Positions 35,077 through 48,356 are shown, counted from the first letter of the whole stretch. The stretch: 62,186 nt of DNA, filler included, from Sphacelaria rigidula (GCA_964200075.2; 8 parts of 8 records of this genome joined end to end with filler, not necessarily neighbours in it), one strand, 5' to 3'. Program-made: numbers and translations. Notes: generated from the letters alone by a model not told the origin.

Positions 35077-38000
35077 TGTCGCGAAGTCACAACAAGAGAA
35101 GAGTAAATACTTGTAAAGGACAGTGTTCTGGACGTCCAGTTTTGGTGAATGAAGTAGGGCAAGAGGTTCAGATGCCGCGCATAGTGGCTTCTGTGGATAG
35201 TAACACCGTACCTATGATCAACCGCAATGCAGCACCGGGAGGATTGACCGTGGCGTGCGTCGCGCGCTCGTGACCGATACAGATGGAGACGAGGTTTCTG
35301 TCGGCTTGTAAATTCGAACTCTTGTGAATATCACACCACCCCTTGCTCGACCGTCCAAGTGCTGGCGAGTGAGCGTATGTAGGTTTAGGCAGAGTTGAGT
35401 GCAGCGCCATGGAAGTAGAGGGGAGTCTTGGTGAAGGGTGCCGGGTAAGACGGTTGCAATAGTAAGCACCCTCTCATGATCTGTCGACAGGAATCGTGTC
35501 TTACAACCGACTGGGGAACGCCGAAAAGATATCACACCTGCGGATACGAGATTCCTGGGGTTGGGTTGGAGTAGGGAGTTTGGGAGTTTGTGGGGGGGAG
35601 GGGAGGGAAGGCTTCATCGTCCTGTTGCGTTGAGCATGATTTCACGGGGGTCCCGGTTGATGAGAACAGACGGCGTGGACGCTCGTCGTTCGCAACCGAT
35701 GGTATCACCGTGCGTGGAACACCTACCTGCTCGTGTTCTCGCATTCGATGGAAGACAATGCACCATTCTGTGCGCCAGAGGGGAGAGTTCGAAGGGGAGT
35801 ATCCCAGTCGTTTCCGTGCCGGAATCTTGTGGCGTATCCATGTTGCGTTGAAACCGACTTTTTGATTGAGGGGAGGGAACACAAACCCACAGCTGATCGA
35901 TTCCAAGACACGAACATTGCCCGTCTTAGTCGTGCCTGACGGACCCCCCCCCTCCCCTCCCGCCACCATGTCGTCCAGTCGCGCGTGTTACAACTGCGTG
36001 ACACCGGACATATGATCAAGGACTCCCCCAAGCCTCGCGCTTAAGGCGTAGCATAGGGCAATGCACGAGATTTATCAGGATCTCGGGGCGGTCGTCACGG
36101 TCGACGGGGCCGTGCCAATCAGGGACGCGGGCACGGCGGCCGCGGCAGCAAGCAATCGGCGGCGGATGGTGGTTCCTCCGCTGCTGTTTCTTCCACTACG
36201 TCATCAGGTGGTGACTCTGGATCTTATGGTTCGTCCGTAACGAGGCGGATAATGTACGTGGGAAATGCAAATACTTCGGTTGGGAGTGCTGGAGCGAATA
36301 GCTCGCAACCCCTCGGCCAGGCAGGATCCGTGTCTGGTGCATGTCCTACTGCTGCGACGGCTGCAACAGCGCCGTCTGCATATTCGGCGACTTGGTCTGA
36401 GTGGACCGCCGATTCGCAGGTATCGGTGCCAAATGCTGGAGGGCAGCCCTGGCGTCAGGTGACTCTCAGGACAAATCAGGGTTCTTCGGGTGAAGTGGTA
36501 CCTGTCGATCGCAAGGCTGAATGCTTACGAGCAGATTTAGCCTTACCTGGTTCTGTAGTTCGTTCATGGCCAGCGTTATTTTGGATTCTGGCTTCGCGCT
36601 CACGTCAATCGGTGTGGGGTTTCTAGAACAGATCTCTTTGCAGTTTGGCAGTACTCAGCTTCAAATTCACTTTGAAAACGGACCGCAAACGGCACAGACC
36701 GCCAAGGGTGCTTCCGTGACGGTTACACACAAAACGGTGTCGATTACTGTTGGCGTGCGTACGCCGTGTGGGGCTGTACAGTTGCAGCCCATTGCGTTCG
36801 CTGTCATGCCCGGTAGGGACAACGTGGTTATTTGGGATGGCGACAATGAAGGAGCTTGGGATTGATCAATATCCGCTGGCGTTCGAAACGTTACGTCCGC
36901 GTGCTGTGCCGGTGCAAACCGGCGTGACAAATCCCAGTTACCTTGCTGCAAGACGTGTGATCGTATCCATAAGGTCATTCCAGAGCGCCAATGAGGAGGA
37001 GGCTCCTGCTGATGAAGCGGTGGAGCGCTTGGTCGATCGGGGGCCGGAAATGTTTATGAACCCTGCAGAGGAGGGAGGTTCAAGGAAATGTGCGCTTGAG
37101 GATGGTGTGCGGCAGGCCGAGCAGAAGGGCCTGAGCGTCGATGGCTCCCATTGTCTGCGCGATATTTTGGCTCGTCGCGTGGATACATATCGTCGTGTGC
37201 TGCGTGGTGATCCACCAGCGCGCGTGGGGCCAATGTAGGAGGCTGTCAAGGCCAAGCCTTGCCGCTGCGATCCGGTGAAGACCGTGTGGCTTGCTTCATG
37301 CATCGCAGCTTTGGTGACATTCGGTTTGTTGGTTAGGAACATCCAGGCTGTGTGGGCGAGTGCGGCGATGGCGGTGCCGGAGGGGGAACACATTCGGTCT
37401 GGTCGGCGACTATCAGGCGGTGAACGCGCAAGTGGAACAGTCTCCGGGGGTGATGCCAAGCCAAGAAGACATGCGGGAGTGACTGGGAGCCCAATGCTTG
37501 GGCAAGTTGGACCTGCTACAGGGGTATTGGCAGAGGCCTCTGGCGCCGGGGGCTGAGGAGATGTTCACGATCGTCACGCCGGACGGTTTGTGTACGCCTA
37601 CTCGTGTCCCGCAGGGCGTGTTGAACGCCACGGCGTATTTCCAAGGTGTGCTGAGTGACACATTGCGAGGTCTACACTGTAAAGTGTGGGTGAACGACGT
37701 TTTCTACTTTGCTGGAACCGAAGAAGCACAGTCAGCTTTGCTTGACGAAATTCTCGGCCGCGTGGGGAGTGTTGGTCTGTTCGTCGCTGGGCATGAGTGT
37801 ACGTTTTGCGCACACGAACTGGTTTGGTGTACTAAGGTGCACTCCGAGGGTACCGTTTCGAATGATCTCGCCCGCACTCAAGGTTTAAGCAATATATGCG
37901 ATGCCCTCCAACCGCTAGTGAGCTGATGCAGTTTCTGCAGGCGGTAAATTGGTTGCGGACTTTGCTCCTACGCATGGCGGGAGTATTTGCTCCGCTTTGA

Positions 38001-38831
38001 GTATTTCTGGAACAGCTCATGGTCGGGGCTTCGCGTCGGACCAAGCGGGTGGCGCGTAATCGTACCATTCCGAAGGACGCTTGGACGGAGGATCGTGTGC
38101 GGGAATGGCGTGCTGCACAAGATTTGGTGGTGCAAGCGGTGCCGCTGTATCATCCTCGTCCAGGGTGCGTTGTTCTGGTGTTCCCAGATGCTTCGGAATT
38201 TCACTGGCGTAGTTTTTGAACGAGAGTGCCTGTCGCCGAGTTTAGTAGTGGCATTGCGCTCGAAAACATGTCACACGAACTGTTAGCTTTTCTGGGTGGT
38301 AGTTTTAAGGGTTCACAGTTGCGGTGGGCGACAGTGGACAGGGAAGGTTTCGCGATAGTCAAAACATTTCGAAGGCTAGAGTACTTGTGTTGGGGTGGTG
38401 TTCGCATTTACACCGATCATTGCAATCTTGAGTACATTTTTAACCCCGATGAGTGTGTTACATCGGTGACGAAGGCCATGGCGCAACGGCTTGAAAATTG
38501 GAAAGAAGTGCTCGGCCAATATTGGTATGCCACTGAACACATTCCTGGAGAGCGCACTTGTTGGGGAGGTTTGTTGTTTCGCTGGGTGAAGGTTCCTACC
38601 GTGCCTGCTCGTTCTGTTGCCGTGTACAGCCCGTGTGATGCCGAGGATTCGCTGCCCTCGTCCGATGTCATTCGTACCGCGCAGCGCAAAACAGTCGGCG
38701 ACGGTGTTCATTCTTTTCGTACGACTTCCGGTCAAGCTACTATGGCTGACGATGGTTTGTTTCGCGTGCGTGTTGGCAGTAGTGATGTTTTGTGGATTCC
38801 GTCGGATGATAAGGCTCCGCAAACTCGTTTG
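35077..38831 (+). mobile_element. Ty3/Gypsy LTR retrotransposon, decayed, truncated by contig end
   Basis: Zinc-knuckle remnant CYNC..GH (~35985), protease ILDSG (~36580), RT KLDLLQGYWQ...PTRVPQGVLNATAYFQ...VWVND, RNase H FPDASEFHW and QLRWATVDREGFAI...IYTDHCNL, in PR-RT-RH order. The 5' boundary at TG 35077 is tentative. Confidence 0.9.
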
Positions 38832-38931
38832 NNNNNNNNNNNNNNNNNNNNNNNNNNNNNNNNNNNNNNNNNNNNTTAATTAATTAANNNNNNNNNNNNN
38901 NNNNNNNNNNNNNNNNNNNNNNNNNNNNNNN

Positions 38932-38991
38932 TAGGGATGCGAGGTCAATGGTCTGATGACTATGGCATGCATGATCATGAGTACACCCCCC
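38932..38991 (+). mobile_element. Retroelement 3' end (family A) with oligo(C)
   Basis: Near-identical to 8-67 and located at a contig start. Confidence 0.65.
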
Positions 38992-39049
38992 TGTGCTGTG
39001 CTCGGTTTTGCAATTTTCGTCTTTTTTTTTTATCCAGTAGTATAATGTT

Positions 39050-39505
39050 CTTCCTTAGCACTCGAAACCCTAGCGTCGATAGGTATTGGGAAAATAAGTA
39101 GGTCGTGCTCAGGACAAAAATCCAAAATAGGTCTTGTCGGGGTGATACGGAGTAAGTACCTCGTCCATCTGGGGCTGTTATCGACCATCGCTGGTCCAAA
39201 AGACACAGTTTTTTTCGCTATGTATAGGTAAAAAAAAAAAAAAATCATTTGCTCACGAGAACGATCAGGATTGCTTCAATCGAACAATAAAACAGAAGGG
39301 TCCGAACCCCCGAAAACCGGTCAGCCCGTACGTTGTTCAATACTGAGTGCAGAGATGACATATGGAGCGGATGCCTAGTATCTCCCGATTCCAAACTTCG
39401 GGATCAAACGTTTACTAAGATAAGCGGTGGCACGCGAAAGCATTATTGAAAATCGCCGTCTACGAAAAAAGTATAAAAAAAACTTATTTCAGCTGAAAAC
39501 TACCG
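39050..39505 (-). mobile_element. Diverged member of the CAGTAG MITE family
   Basis: The reverse complement shares ACCGCTTATC, ATCCGCTCCA and TACGGGCTGACCGG with 27101-27648. Colinear with 47940-48356. Confidence 0.65.
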
Positions 39506-39740
39506 TACTGTCTACTGTAGCTACGAATTCACGCCACCTTCCTCTCTACATCTTCTCCAAACGTCCCGTTCCTCCTTGTATAGTTCAAATTCTGCCAGTA
39601 CACGAGTTCTATTCTCTACTGCGTTGCCACAGGACAATTCTGTGCATCTACTTCCTCCTCCACTCGACTACTGGTATATCTCTTCTCTCCAGCAAGTCCA
39701 GGTCCCCCACCTGAGATCGCACTGTCAATTTTTTCGGGTA

Positions 39741-40530
39741 CAGTGAGGGTCACGGTTCAAGAGAGGGGTGTGGCAGATGAAGAAAACCTCTCTTAAACTC
39801 GACCTTCTACTAAATCGGTTTAAGAGAGGTTTTCTCTTAAACCGAACAGCCGGTTTAAGATAAAAAGCCTCTTAAACCGAATATATGGGTTATTGTCAGT
39901 CTTTGAAGGGCCGCTTGTGCCGTGGTGCCGTATCAAAGTGTTGAGAGAGGATTTCATATCGTTTACACAATATTGTTGTGCGCTACGGGACCCACGTGCA
40001 ATACGATTCGCCCTTGTAGTGAAGAAATCAATATATTCCGCGTTATCGAAGTTATCCCCACATCACCTAAACAGAGCGGCCAACCCAACACATGGACGCC
40101 ACACACACGTCACATCTCGGGAGCAAAAAACAAAATAGGGCAAAAAGACAGGAAACCACGCAACATCCTGTACTGTACTCTGTAGTGCTGTACAAGTGAC
40201 TCTCTCACCACCAGTGAAACTCAAGTACCTGCACTCGTCCTACCAAGCAATAGACATATGACATGCGCTCATCGGCAGCTTCTGCAACGCTACATGAAGT
40301 CTGCCATGCAAGTTCGTTTCGTTTTCCTTGTCCCAAACTCGTTCATCCAGCCCAGCTTGGCCTTACGAAGATGGTACGACACCTCCGCCATGTTACACCT
40401 CTCTGCAGTAATCCTGCTGTACACTGTTGTAATACCCGCCGCGCAAGGCATCATGCTCGCAGCCAGTGGAGCTTGAAGCTGTTTGTGTGTTACAACTGCT
40501 GGACGTACTGAGATGTTGTTTTTCGGGCTA

Positions 40531-40576
<46 letters not shown>

Positions 40577-41093
40577 TCGTCCCCTCTGTTCTGGACGCTG
40601 GTCTACACCTTTCGGTATATGTGGGCGCATCAGCCGGGGTCACACATCGGGAAGGTCAACCCAGGAGTTTTTTCTTTTTATTTGTTTTTAGCACCCCACC
40701 TTTCTTCTTGCATGTTATTTTTTATCGCGAAAGAGGTTCAGCAGTCCCTCTCCCTCGTCGACAGTACAGTCGAATTCTGTGTACGTACGACATAGTCGCT
40801 CTCCACTGTTGAGCATGGTGGGAGAAAAAATCCCAGATCAGTCAGAGGTTTGCACCAACGACCCAACCTTCAGAAAGTTTCGAGGTTACCAAATACAGTA
40901 CTGTACAGTTGTACAAGAGCGGGGGGTTTGGGGGTAGATCCGGTTTAAGAGAAAAGAGGGTTCGGTTTAAGAGAATGGGTCCGGTTTAAGAGAAACCAGG
41001 ATTCGGTTCAAGAGAGTGGTGTGCCAAGCCATTTTTACCTCTTACACCGGCAATTCTCTTCAACTGAGCTCTCTTAAACCGTGAACCCCACTG
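39741..41093. mobile_element. Non-autonomous Tc1/mariner/pogo-type element with TA TSD
   Basis: TA|CAGTGAGGGTCACGGTTCAAGAGAG ... CTCTCTTAAACCGTGAACCCCACTG|TA, with many subterminal GGTTTAAGAGA repeats. Confidence 0.85.
40533..40892 (-). mobile_element. tRNA-derived SINE with long (CA)n tail, nested in the MITE
   Basis: Aligns with 54888-55225, with a ~40-bp (TG)n tract at 40533-40574. Confidence 0.85.
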
Positions 41094-41483
41094 TAGCCTA
41101 ATAAACCGTGCAGATATGTTTTCATCCCTATCCCCACTCTCAACCTCCCGTACATCTTCAAATATTCTTTCTCGTCTACTTTCCGTTTACATGTTTTTTT
41201 ACCCTTGTTTCTATTGTGTCTCTGACTTTTGTTTTGTACCCCCCACATTTGATTACGGACATCACCTCGTCTTGGTTGCTCCTATCCCCCTTCATCCTTT
41301 CTCGATTTCGCTATCCTACCTTATCCCAGCCTGCTCTTTCGTCATGTTCTTCCATGCAGCCCTATTGATCATCGCTGGCAATTTCTTCCTTGGCATGTCC
41401 ACTGCATTATATTGCCATTCAACTTTTATCCGTGTATCTATTTGTTTCAAGTGTGTACATCCCCCATTCTGCTCTCAATACTG

Positions 41484-42315
41484 CACGGTTCGGACAAATC
41501 AAATCGTGATTCAACTCGTTTCATCATTTGAACGAATAAATCACGCGATTCGTAGATCATTTGTGATTGGTACATGTGTTGGGTTCGTGATTCGTACGAC
41601 AAAAACTGAAATGTGCACATTCCGAGTTCGTGATTCGTGCGGTACACCGTGGAAGGTATATGTCTCCTACTTTTTTTCATACGGGGTAAATCACGCGCAC
41701 ACAAAAATCTCCTTTAGTTCATGTGAGACGAATCATGGTAACATGTCGCCTAACGCTTAGCTCATTCGGCATGAATCGCACGTGCATCTGCCCGCCCTTG
41801 AGCGCATGCGGGACGAATCATGTGTACATGTCACCCACCCTTGCGTTCATGCGGGATGGACCATTGATACATGTGTCACACCTTCAATTCATACGACATG
41901 AACCATTGATACATATCTCCTACCCGTTAGTTCATGCGGGATGAATCGTGGGTACATATCCCTCCCGTCAAGTTTATGCGGGATGAATAATGGGTACATA
42001 ATTTCCCCTCGTTTTCATGCAATATGACTCATGGGTACATGCGGCCCACCCTTTGGTTCATGAGGGATGAATCATGGATATGTGTTTTCCACCAATGATT
42101 AGTACATGGACGATGATTCGTACGTGTTTTTCGATACTGATTCGTGTTACACAAACTGAAGTGTACACATTTCAAGTCCATGATTCGTGCGGCATGACCT
42201 TGAATATACAACTTCACCATTCGTGATTCGTACAGGATGACTGATTAGTTCACGATTCGCACTCGAACATTCATTAGGAGTCAACCCGTATGAACTCTGA
42301 TTCGTTCGAACCGTA
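41484..42315. mobile_element. Non-autonomous hAT-type element with 8-bp TSD and internal ~41-bp minisatellite
   Basis: Perfect TSD CAATACTG at 41476-41483 and 42316-42323. TIR CACGGTTCGGACAAATCA / TGATTCGTTCGAACCGTA. About 8 units with core TTCATGCGGGATGAATC at 41760-42090. Confidence 0.85.
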
Positions 42316-42856
42316 CAATACTGTATTACTCCTGGTTTTTGAGCATCCTTGTGTGCACCCCAAGAACATTTATTTATATTTTCACGTCATGGTATGTATA
42401 GTGGTCTACGGTCGGCAATTCCTCTTCTCCTCACTTGCATTTGAACTTTACCGGGTTTTCCTACCTTCATCACATACCAGTCCCCACATATTTGTTCACG
42501 CTCGCTGTCACTCTCCATTTCCTAGTGTATTCTAACGCCTTCTCTATTTGTGTCTGCAATCCTTCTGGTGTTTCTCATATCCCCACGAAATCATTCGCGA
42601 AAATCAATCCCGATACCGTATTTCCCCCACCTTGACTCCTTGTGTTGCTGCTTATATTGCTCTTATCAGATCACTAATAAATACCCTGAATATAGAGCGT
42701 GATAACGTACACCAAAGGCGGGGAGGGGAAAACAACGTGTTGAAGTGAAATTTGCTGGATGTATGCTCAGCAGACCAAAATTCGAACTTTGAGTGACTGG
42801 CAATTAATCATGACCGAATCTACTTGGATGAAAAAAGGCGCCAGGCCATACCATAC

Positions 42857-43026
42857 CCCTGGTGCGATGCAGCGGACCCCGATGTCGTTCGCGGCCATGA
42901 AATGCCTCGTCGCTCGAAAGAACTTGTCCAACCCCGGAGGGCCGTGGAGGGTCATCTTGGTGTACTCCCTTTGATGCTCCAACTCCAAGCCGTGGTCGTT
43001 AATGTCTCTTACTGTCAAGATTACGC
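42857..43026 (-). CDS. ELAC2: Internal exon of long-form tRNase Z (ELAC2/Trz1-like), N-terminal half
   Basis: taacag|...|gtatgg, 170 nt, reading (G)VILTVRD...KMTLHGPPGLDKFFRATRHFM. This fits the GLPGxILTLxD...LxGPxGLxxxxxAxRxF pattern of RNase Z-L. Confidence 0.7.
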
Positions 43027-44719
43027 CTGTTATATGGTTCATTCCGGCAGCGAAAAAAAAAAAGCAGGAGAGAGAGGATTGAACGAACAATCGATCTGAG
43101 GAGAATCAACAGACAAACAAATGAAACAAAAGGTTTGGATTCAAGGAAATGAACGAAAAAGGTAACCGACGAGTTGGATGGCAAAAACAACACCAGAGCA
43201 AAGAAAAAAACAACAGCATAAGCAAACACACGAGGGGGCAATATTTTAGAGTGTTCCGCGCACCGAACATATTCTTGTTCGACTGTTCTCGATTGTTTTC
43301 GTATATGTCTATTAGCTAGCCCATCTTCCCCGGCCGCATTGTACACTAAACTGATGCCAAAATGACGCTCAAGACATGAATGTGCTCCGAAAATCTGAAA
43401 AATTGGAATCCGAAGGAGTCAAGACTTTGAAGAAATATATTCAACGTAAATGTGGAAGACACCTCTTTGCAGTGACATATCAGAGACTGATGCCACACAT
43501 GCATGAAGAACCAGCGCAAACAGGGACAAGGTAGGAACGGTACGAAAGGACCAGATTACCGAGGACCCTGTAATGCCAACGAAACTAGACAACTCGGGGT
43601 GATGCCATGAAGAGCCTAGTATTAGGACGGTCCAACATCCCCCGAGAAACTGGTCGCCCTTGGCGACCACTTCTCGTCTGACCCCCTTCTTGCCTACATA
43701 TACAAAAGGAAATCATCGCTAGCCTCCGAGCTCCTTCGGCATCAGGACGGCAGTCTCCCGCGTAGGTCTCTGTCTACTATAGCGGTACGCCTTCCTCACA
43801 TAAATATGTTTCTTCAGTACCAGTTGGAATTAGTCAATTGGGGTCCAGGACCATGGGTTCACTAATGATAGCTATAATATTGCAAGAACCAAGAACCTGC
43901 AAAGTGAAAATGTTTTTTCGCTTTTTGTATTGAGATGAAACCATGTGATAAAATAAAAAAAAAGACACACACGCATGAACAAGGCACCACATTCGATTCG
44001 AGAACGAAAGAAGATGAAATGAAACGAAATGAAAACAGCTAACGAGTATTGTGCGCACACGGTTGTACCAGCTGTACACAGTACTACACCCTTTCTCGAC
44101 AACGGAGACTGATAGCACAATAAGGTAGGTACAGCGCACGTTGCGGCGTTATGCAAGCCTCCCAAGATGAGTCATGACTCGTCTGAAAGATGCTTCTTTT
44201 TTTTGTGTATTTGATTTGTATCGTAAGAATCAGTCCTTGAAGTTCGGTTTCATCGTTGCGCCTCAGGTACGCGCACCCCAGGCACGTGGAATAGCGCAGA
44301 TCTCCCGTGAGAGACTTTTTCGACCCGCGCTCAACTGTTTCTTCTCTTTCGAGCATTCGGCCTCAGAAATCATAGATTTGGCTGTTCGAACTAGCGATGA
44401 TCCGTCCAACTCTTGGTAGCTTGGGGGGGGGGGGGGGTTACATAACCAGCGTTCACCGCGCAAATCGATCTACTCAGAAGCAACATTGAGAAATGGTAAC
44501 ATATGAGCGCGGAAATAATATTCCTGATGTTCCTGAGAGCTCGCAGTCTCGGTCCTGTAATCAAAGCCCATTTGGCAGGTACGGTTTGGAGATAGTATCG
44601 CGATGTACATGCGAAGCTCAAGCCGCGAGGACGCATTCTCGATTGTAAATCGGTCATTACCCTGTAGATAAATGATGTCTAGTGTACAGGCTGATACACG
44701 GAAAACACGACTTTACTAG

Positions 44720-45660
44720 GCAGGCAAACCTCACGTTTGAGAGTTAGAGCACGAAATTTCACACGCGTGTTCCTGAATGTGAGCGCGAGGTCACCAGTTT
44801 CGTGCTGGCCGGTGTTTCTTTCGATAGCACCGGTTTCGTGGAGTCTCCGAAAAAAATGTGAAATTGTTGCGAGAACCCAGGGTTGCCGGGCACTTCGTGC
44901 GGCGTATGACCCTGAAAAAAATCCAACAGACCGAAACGCCGACGAACTCCGCACTGGCGACCTGGGGCTTATCTTGAGCAACACATCCATTAAATTTGGT
45001 TTCCTTACTCTCAAACTCAGCGTGAGGTTTTCAGCAAACGTGACAGTGTTCCACACCCTGGACAATGTATGGTTAATAGTTGCAATAGACACATACTTTA
45101 CGCAGTACACTTTCTTGTCTATTGCAACTTTTGAACATAGATCGTCCAGGGTGTGAATGGTTCCAATAATCGCTTTGGTTGCCGGGTACATCGAGCAGTT
45201 CATGACCCGAAGGAACCGGTGACAACGACCAAAACGCCCACCAACTCTACATTGTCGGCCTCAGTCCTGTTCCGAGAAACTCATGCATGAATTTCAGTCA
45301 TTTCCTTTTACACCCGGCGTGAGGTTTTTCAGCAAATATGAAATTATTCCGAGTACCCCGGCTTCTTGCTGGTCAAGACCCCACGAAAATCGCAGAAACA
45401 TCGATCAATCAAACACTGGAGACCTCGATCTTGCCTCCAGGAAAGCGATTGTTAAATTCCGACTCCTAACTCTCAAACCCGGCGTGAAATTGCTGCGAGA
45501 TACTGGAATTCCCGCGGTTCACGATCCCGGGAAACCCGTGACACCGACCGGAACTCCAATCACCCAGACACTAGTGAGTTCGCCTCTGCCTCCAATAATA
45601 AGTGCGTGAAATCCCGTCTTTGAACTCTCAAAGCCAGTGTGATGCTTTGAGCGAACTTGG
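44720..45660. repeat. Array of diverged ~90-150-bp repeats, one inverted
   Basis: Core CTGGxGACCT...AAATT...ACTCTCAAA..xGCGTGA at ~44953, 45288, 45416 and 45606, and inverted at ~44725-44800. Confidence 0.55.
45052..45155. mobile_element. 104-bp hairpin MITE
   Basis: CACACCCTGGACAATGTATGGTTAATAGTTGCAATAGAC pairs with GTCTATTGCAACTTTTGAACATAGATCGTCCAGGGTGTG. The same terminus occurs at 23410-23427. Confidence 0.75.
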
Positions 45661-46019
45661 AATTGTTGCGAGAATTTGTACTTCCCGCAGCGCATGACTC
45701 CAAGGAACCGGTAAAATCAACGCGAAGAGAAGTCAGTCAGACATTCGTGTACGCCGCCGGAGTTTTCTCGAAAACTCCCACGAACATACGGGGACGACTC
45801 GTGCTGGTGATGTCTCCGCAGGTCTTCGTGGAGTCGTATAGTGCATTCAGGCCAACAGTATCTCGGAACACATGAAACCATCAAGGCTGTCAAAAGCATA
45901 GCTTGGGGGAATAAATAGCGAGAAGAACCGCTCTGGGCACGCAGACGCGTTTGTTGCGCATAATTTGATGTGTTGTGTTACGTGAGTCAAGCATTCAAAA
46001 TGGGGTTTAAATAGGATTT

Positions 46020-46200
46020 TGCTTTCTTCTTTTTCAACGTCTTCGTGTACTATATCGTTCTGCTCGACTTTTTCTGTTCCTTTTTTTTCTTCAGCGAGTG
46101 TTTCAATTTTGTTTTTTCTTGGGGACGTCTATCACGTGACCACGGCTGGATCATGACTCCTGGGGGGGATCAGTTAAAGTGCGACAATCAATCAATCAAT
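46020..46200 (+). mobile_element. Retroelement 3' end with (ATCA)n tail
   Basis: TCTTGGG..GTCTATCA.G.GAC.ACGGCTGGATC...TCAGTTAAAGTGC..AATCAATCAATCAA matches the reverse complement of 57446-57520. Confidence 0.7.
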
Positions 46201-47257
46201 CGATCACATAAATTGGTATATGGCGCTGAAGGCGTTCGCGATTTGCGCGCGCTTATCTGCCTACCCCACCTGCAGGAAGGCTGCGCCATCGAAGAGTCGC
46301 ACCCCATGAAATGACAGGTAGGAAACATATTTTCACCACCTATGTCACATCAAGGGAGGATGGGGAACATCTACACTCGATTTATGCTGCATGAATGGAA
46401 ATTGGGAAACAAGTACGCTTGAGTCACCTCATATATATGGATGGAAGGCGGAGAACATGTACGAGCTGGGCCGGGCAAGAAGCTAACATTTCTTCAGACA
46501 AGCATATCTCTGCTGCTCCTAACTCGTTTCCCAAACCGAAAAGACTGCTGAAATCCTTGAGTTCAGGGCTGCAACAGAGAGCCCTCCACAAGCCCTGTAG
46601 AGTTGGTTGTACAAACNNNNNNNNNNNNNNNNNNNNNNNNNNNNNNNNNNNNNNNNNNNNTTAATTAATTAANNNNNNNNNNNNNNNNNNNNNNNNNNNN
46701 NNNNNNNNNNNNNNNNTTTTTTTTTTCTTTTTTTTCGGTCGACCTCTTGATCCCCCCCCCCCCCCCCCTCTCCTCGGGACGAGTCCATAGTCAACCCATC
46801 CTTCCCGCAGTACCTACCTGCCTGGCATTTTGGTCTCGCGGGTTGAGCGAGGACTCCCGCAGCCCATCGACCCTTGTCAAATAAAACGTCTTTGCTACTC
46901 AAGTCTTTCACATGTTTCAACGACAGAAATCGGAAACTTCTCAGAGAGAAACTCGAATGTATCTGCCGGGAGGCGAAGCCGCATTTTGTCCGCCTTGACA
47001 CGTTTCAGTTGCACCATTTTTCATTCAGATCACCCGGGCGCGGCGGCGGGATATTATACGACACTAGTATTTCGGGTGATGCAAACAACAACAATCAGCG
47101 TTCATCATCGACTAGCGGGTCCGTTCTGTGCCGACTAACCCAGGGTTCGGGGAGTATCAGCTGATATGCATACATTGATACAGTATATAGAGAACGACAA
47201 GCCTTGCGTAATATGTTACATACAGAGGTGCTTTATCCCATACATACATACAAGGTG

Positions 47258-47288
<31 letters not shown>

Positions 47289-47470
47289 CAGTCGATAGGT
47301 GTATATGTTTCAGTCCATAGTCCAGAGTGAACGACAAACGCGGCCATCGACCTGGGCCAGCCCTACACCGACCACAAATATGTTCATGTTTCGTGGGAGC
47401 GGCGCTTTTCCCGCAAAATATCTCGGGCTGGGTATACTGAATGGCTCATACACGTGTTGATTCCTAAATA

Positions 47471-48356
47471 TAGTAGTTTTGACCTGAACCAGGGGATTTT
47501 TGTAACTTCTTCGTAGTAAGCGATGTTCAATAGCTTTTTCGCGTGCCACTGCTCCTCCCAGAGAACCTTTGATCTCCAAGTTGGGGATACGGAGATACTA
47601 CGCATCCGCTCCACATTCCGCAACGAAAGCATCTCTTCGCTCAATATTCAACGACTTACGGGCTGATTTATCAGAAGGAGTGACTGACCGCTTTTGGTCC
47701 AAAGCACGATTTTTTTCCCACTCCAGCGCAATAAATTGGTGAAAAAAAAAAAATAAGGGTCCGTAAAATTATTCACTAGAGCGATCGGGACTGGTTCACT
47801 CCCCGCCCTGTGCTATACGGAGCTCGATTGGGCAATTTTCGTAGTGGAGTACTTGTCGTGTGTTCTCAAACAGTATTCTCCCTTAGAATTCGAAAGTCCC
47901 AACGTCGATACGTGTTGAGAAAGAAAGTAGGTGGTGCTCTAGCACACAATCCTCAAGTTGATGTTGTCAAGGTGATACGGTGTAAGGACCTCGTTTTATC
48001 AGGGGGTGAAATCGACCGTCACTGGTCCAAAAACATAGTTTTTCGGCTCTAGCGCAGTGAATTGGTATATAATCCCCCCCCAAAAAAAAACGTTTTGCTC
48101 ACGAGAACGATCGGGATCGCTTTGATCAAGAAGAAATACCTAAGGGTCAAATCCCGGGGCTGGGTAGTCGCAGGACCCCTGAGGACCAGTCGATCCGTGA
48201 CTCGTTCAATATCAAGTGCAGAGATGATGCCTATTACCTCCCGATCCCCAAACTTTGGGGTGAAACGTTCACTAGAAAGAGCAGTGGCTGCACGATTTTT
48301 TTCTGCAAATCGGCAACTACAATGAAGAAAAATCCTGGCTCAGCTGGAAACTACTG
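47471..48356. mobile_element. Two opposed CAGTAG-family MITE pieces forming an imperfect inverted repeat
   Basis: TA|TAGTAGTTTTGACCTGAACCAGG at 47471(+) and CCTGGCTCAGCTGGAAACTACTG|TA at 48356(-). Both align to the 27101 and 39050 copies. Confidence 0.6.

Larger units (their letters stand above)
39530..42670 (-). mobile_element. LINE RT fragment interrupted by two DNA transposons
   Basis: Segments 39530-39740, 41094-41483 and 42316-42670 rejoin colinearly with 6630-7570. The RT core reads GLIFANDFVG (FADD-like)...EGLQTQIEKALEYTRKWRV. Confidence 0.85.

Noticed and set aside
41760-42090. CRISPR-like repeat-spacer array (also 4130-4460)
   Set aside because: The repeats are degenerate, the inter-core segments are short and related to each other, no cas genes are present, and the array lies inside a TIR/TSD-bounded element.
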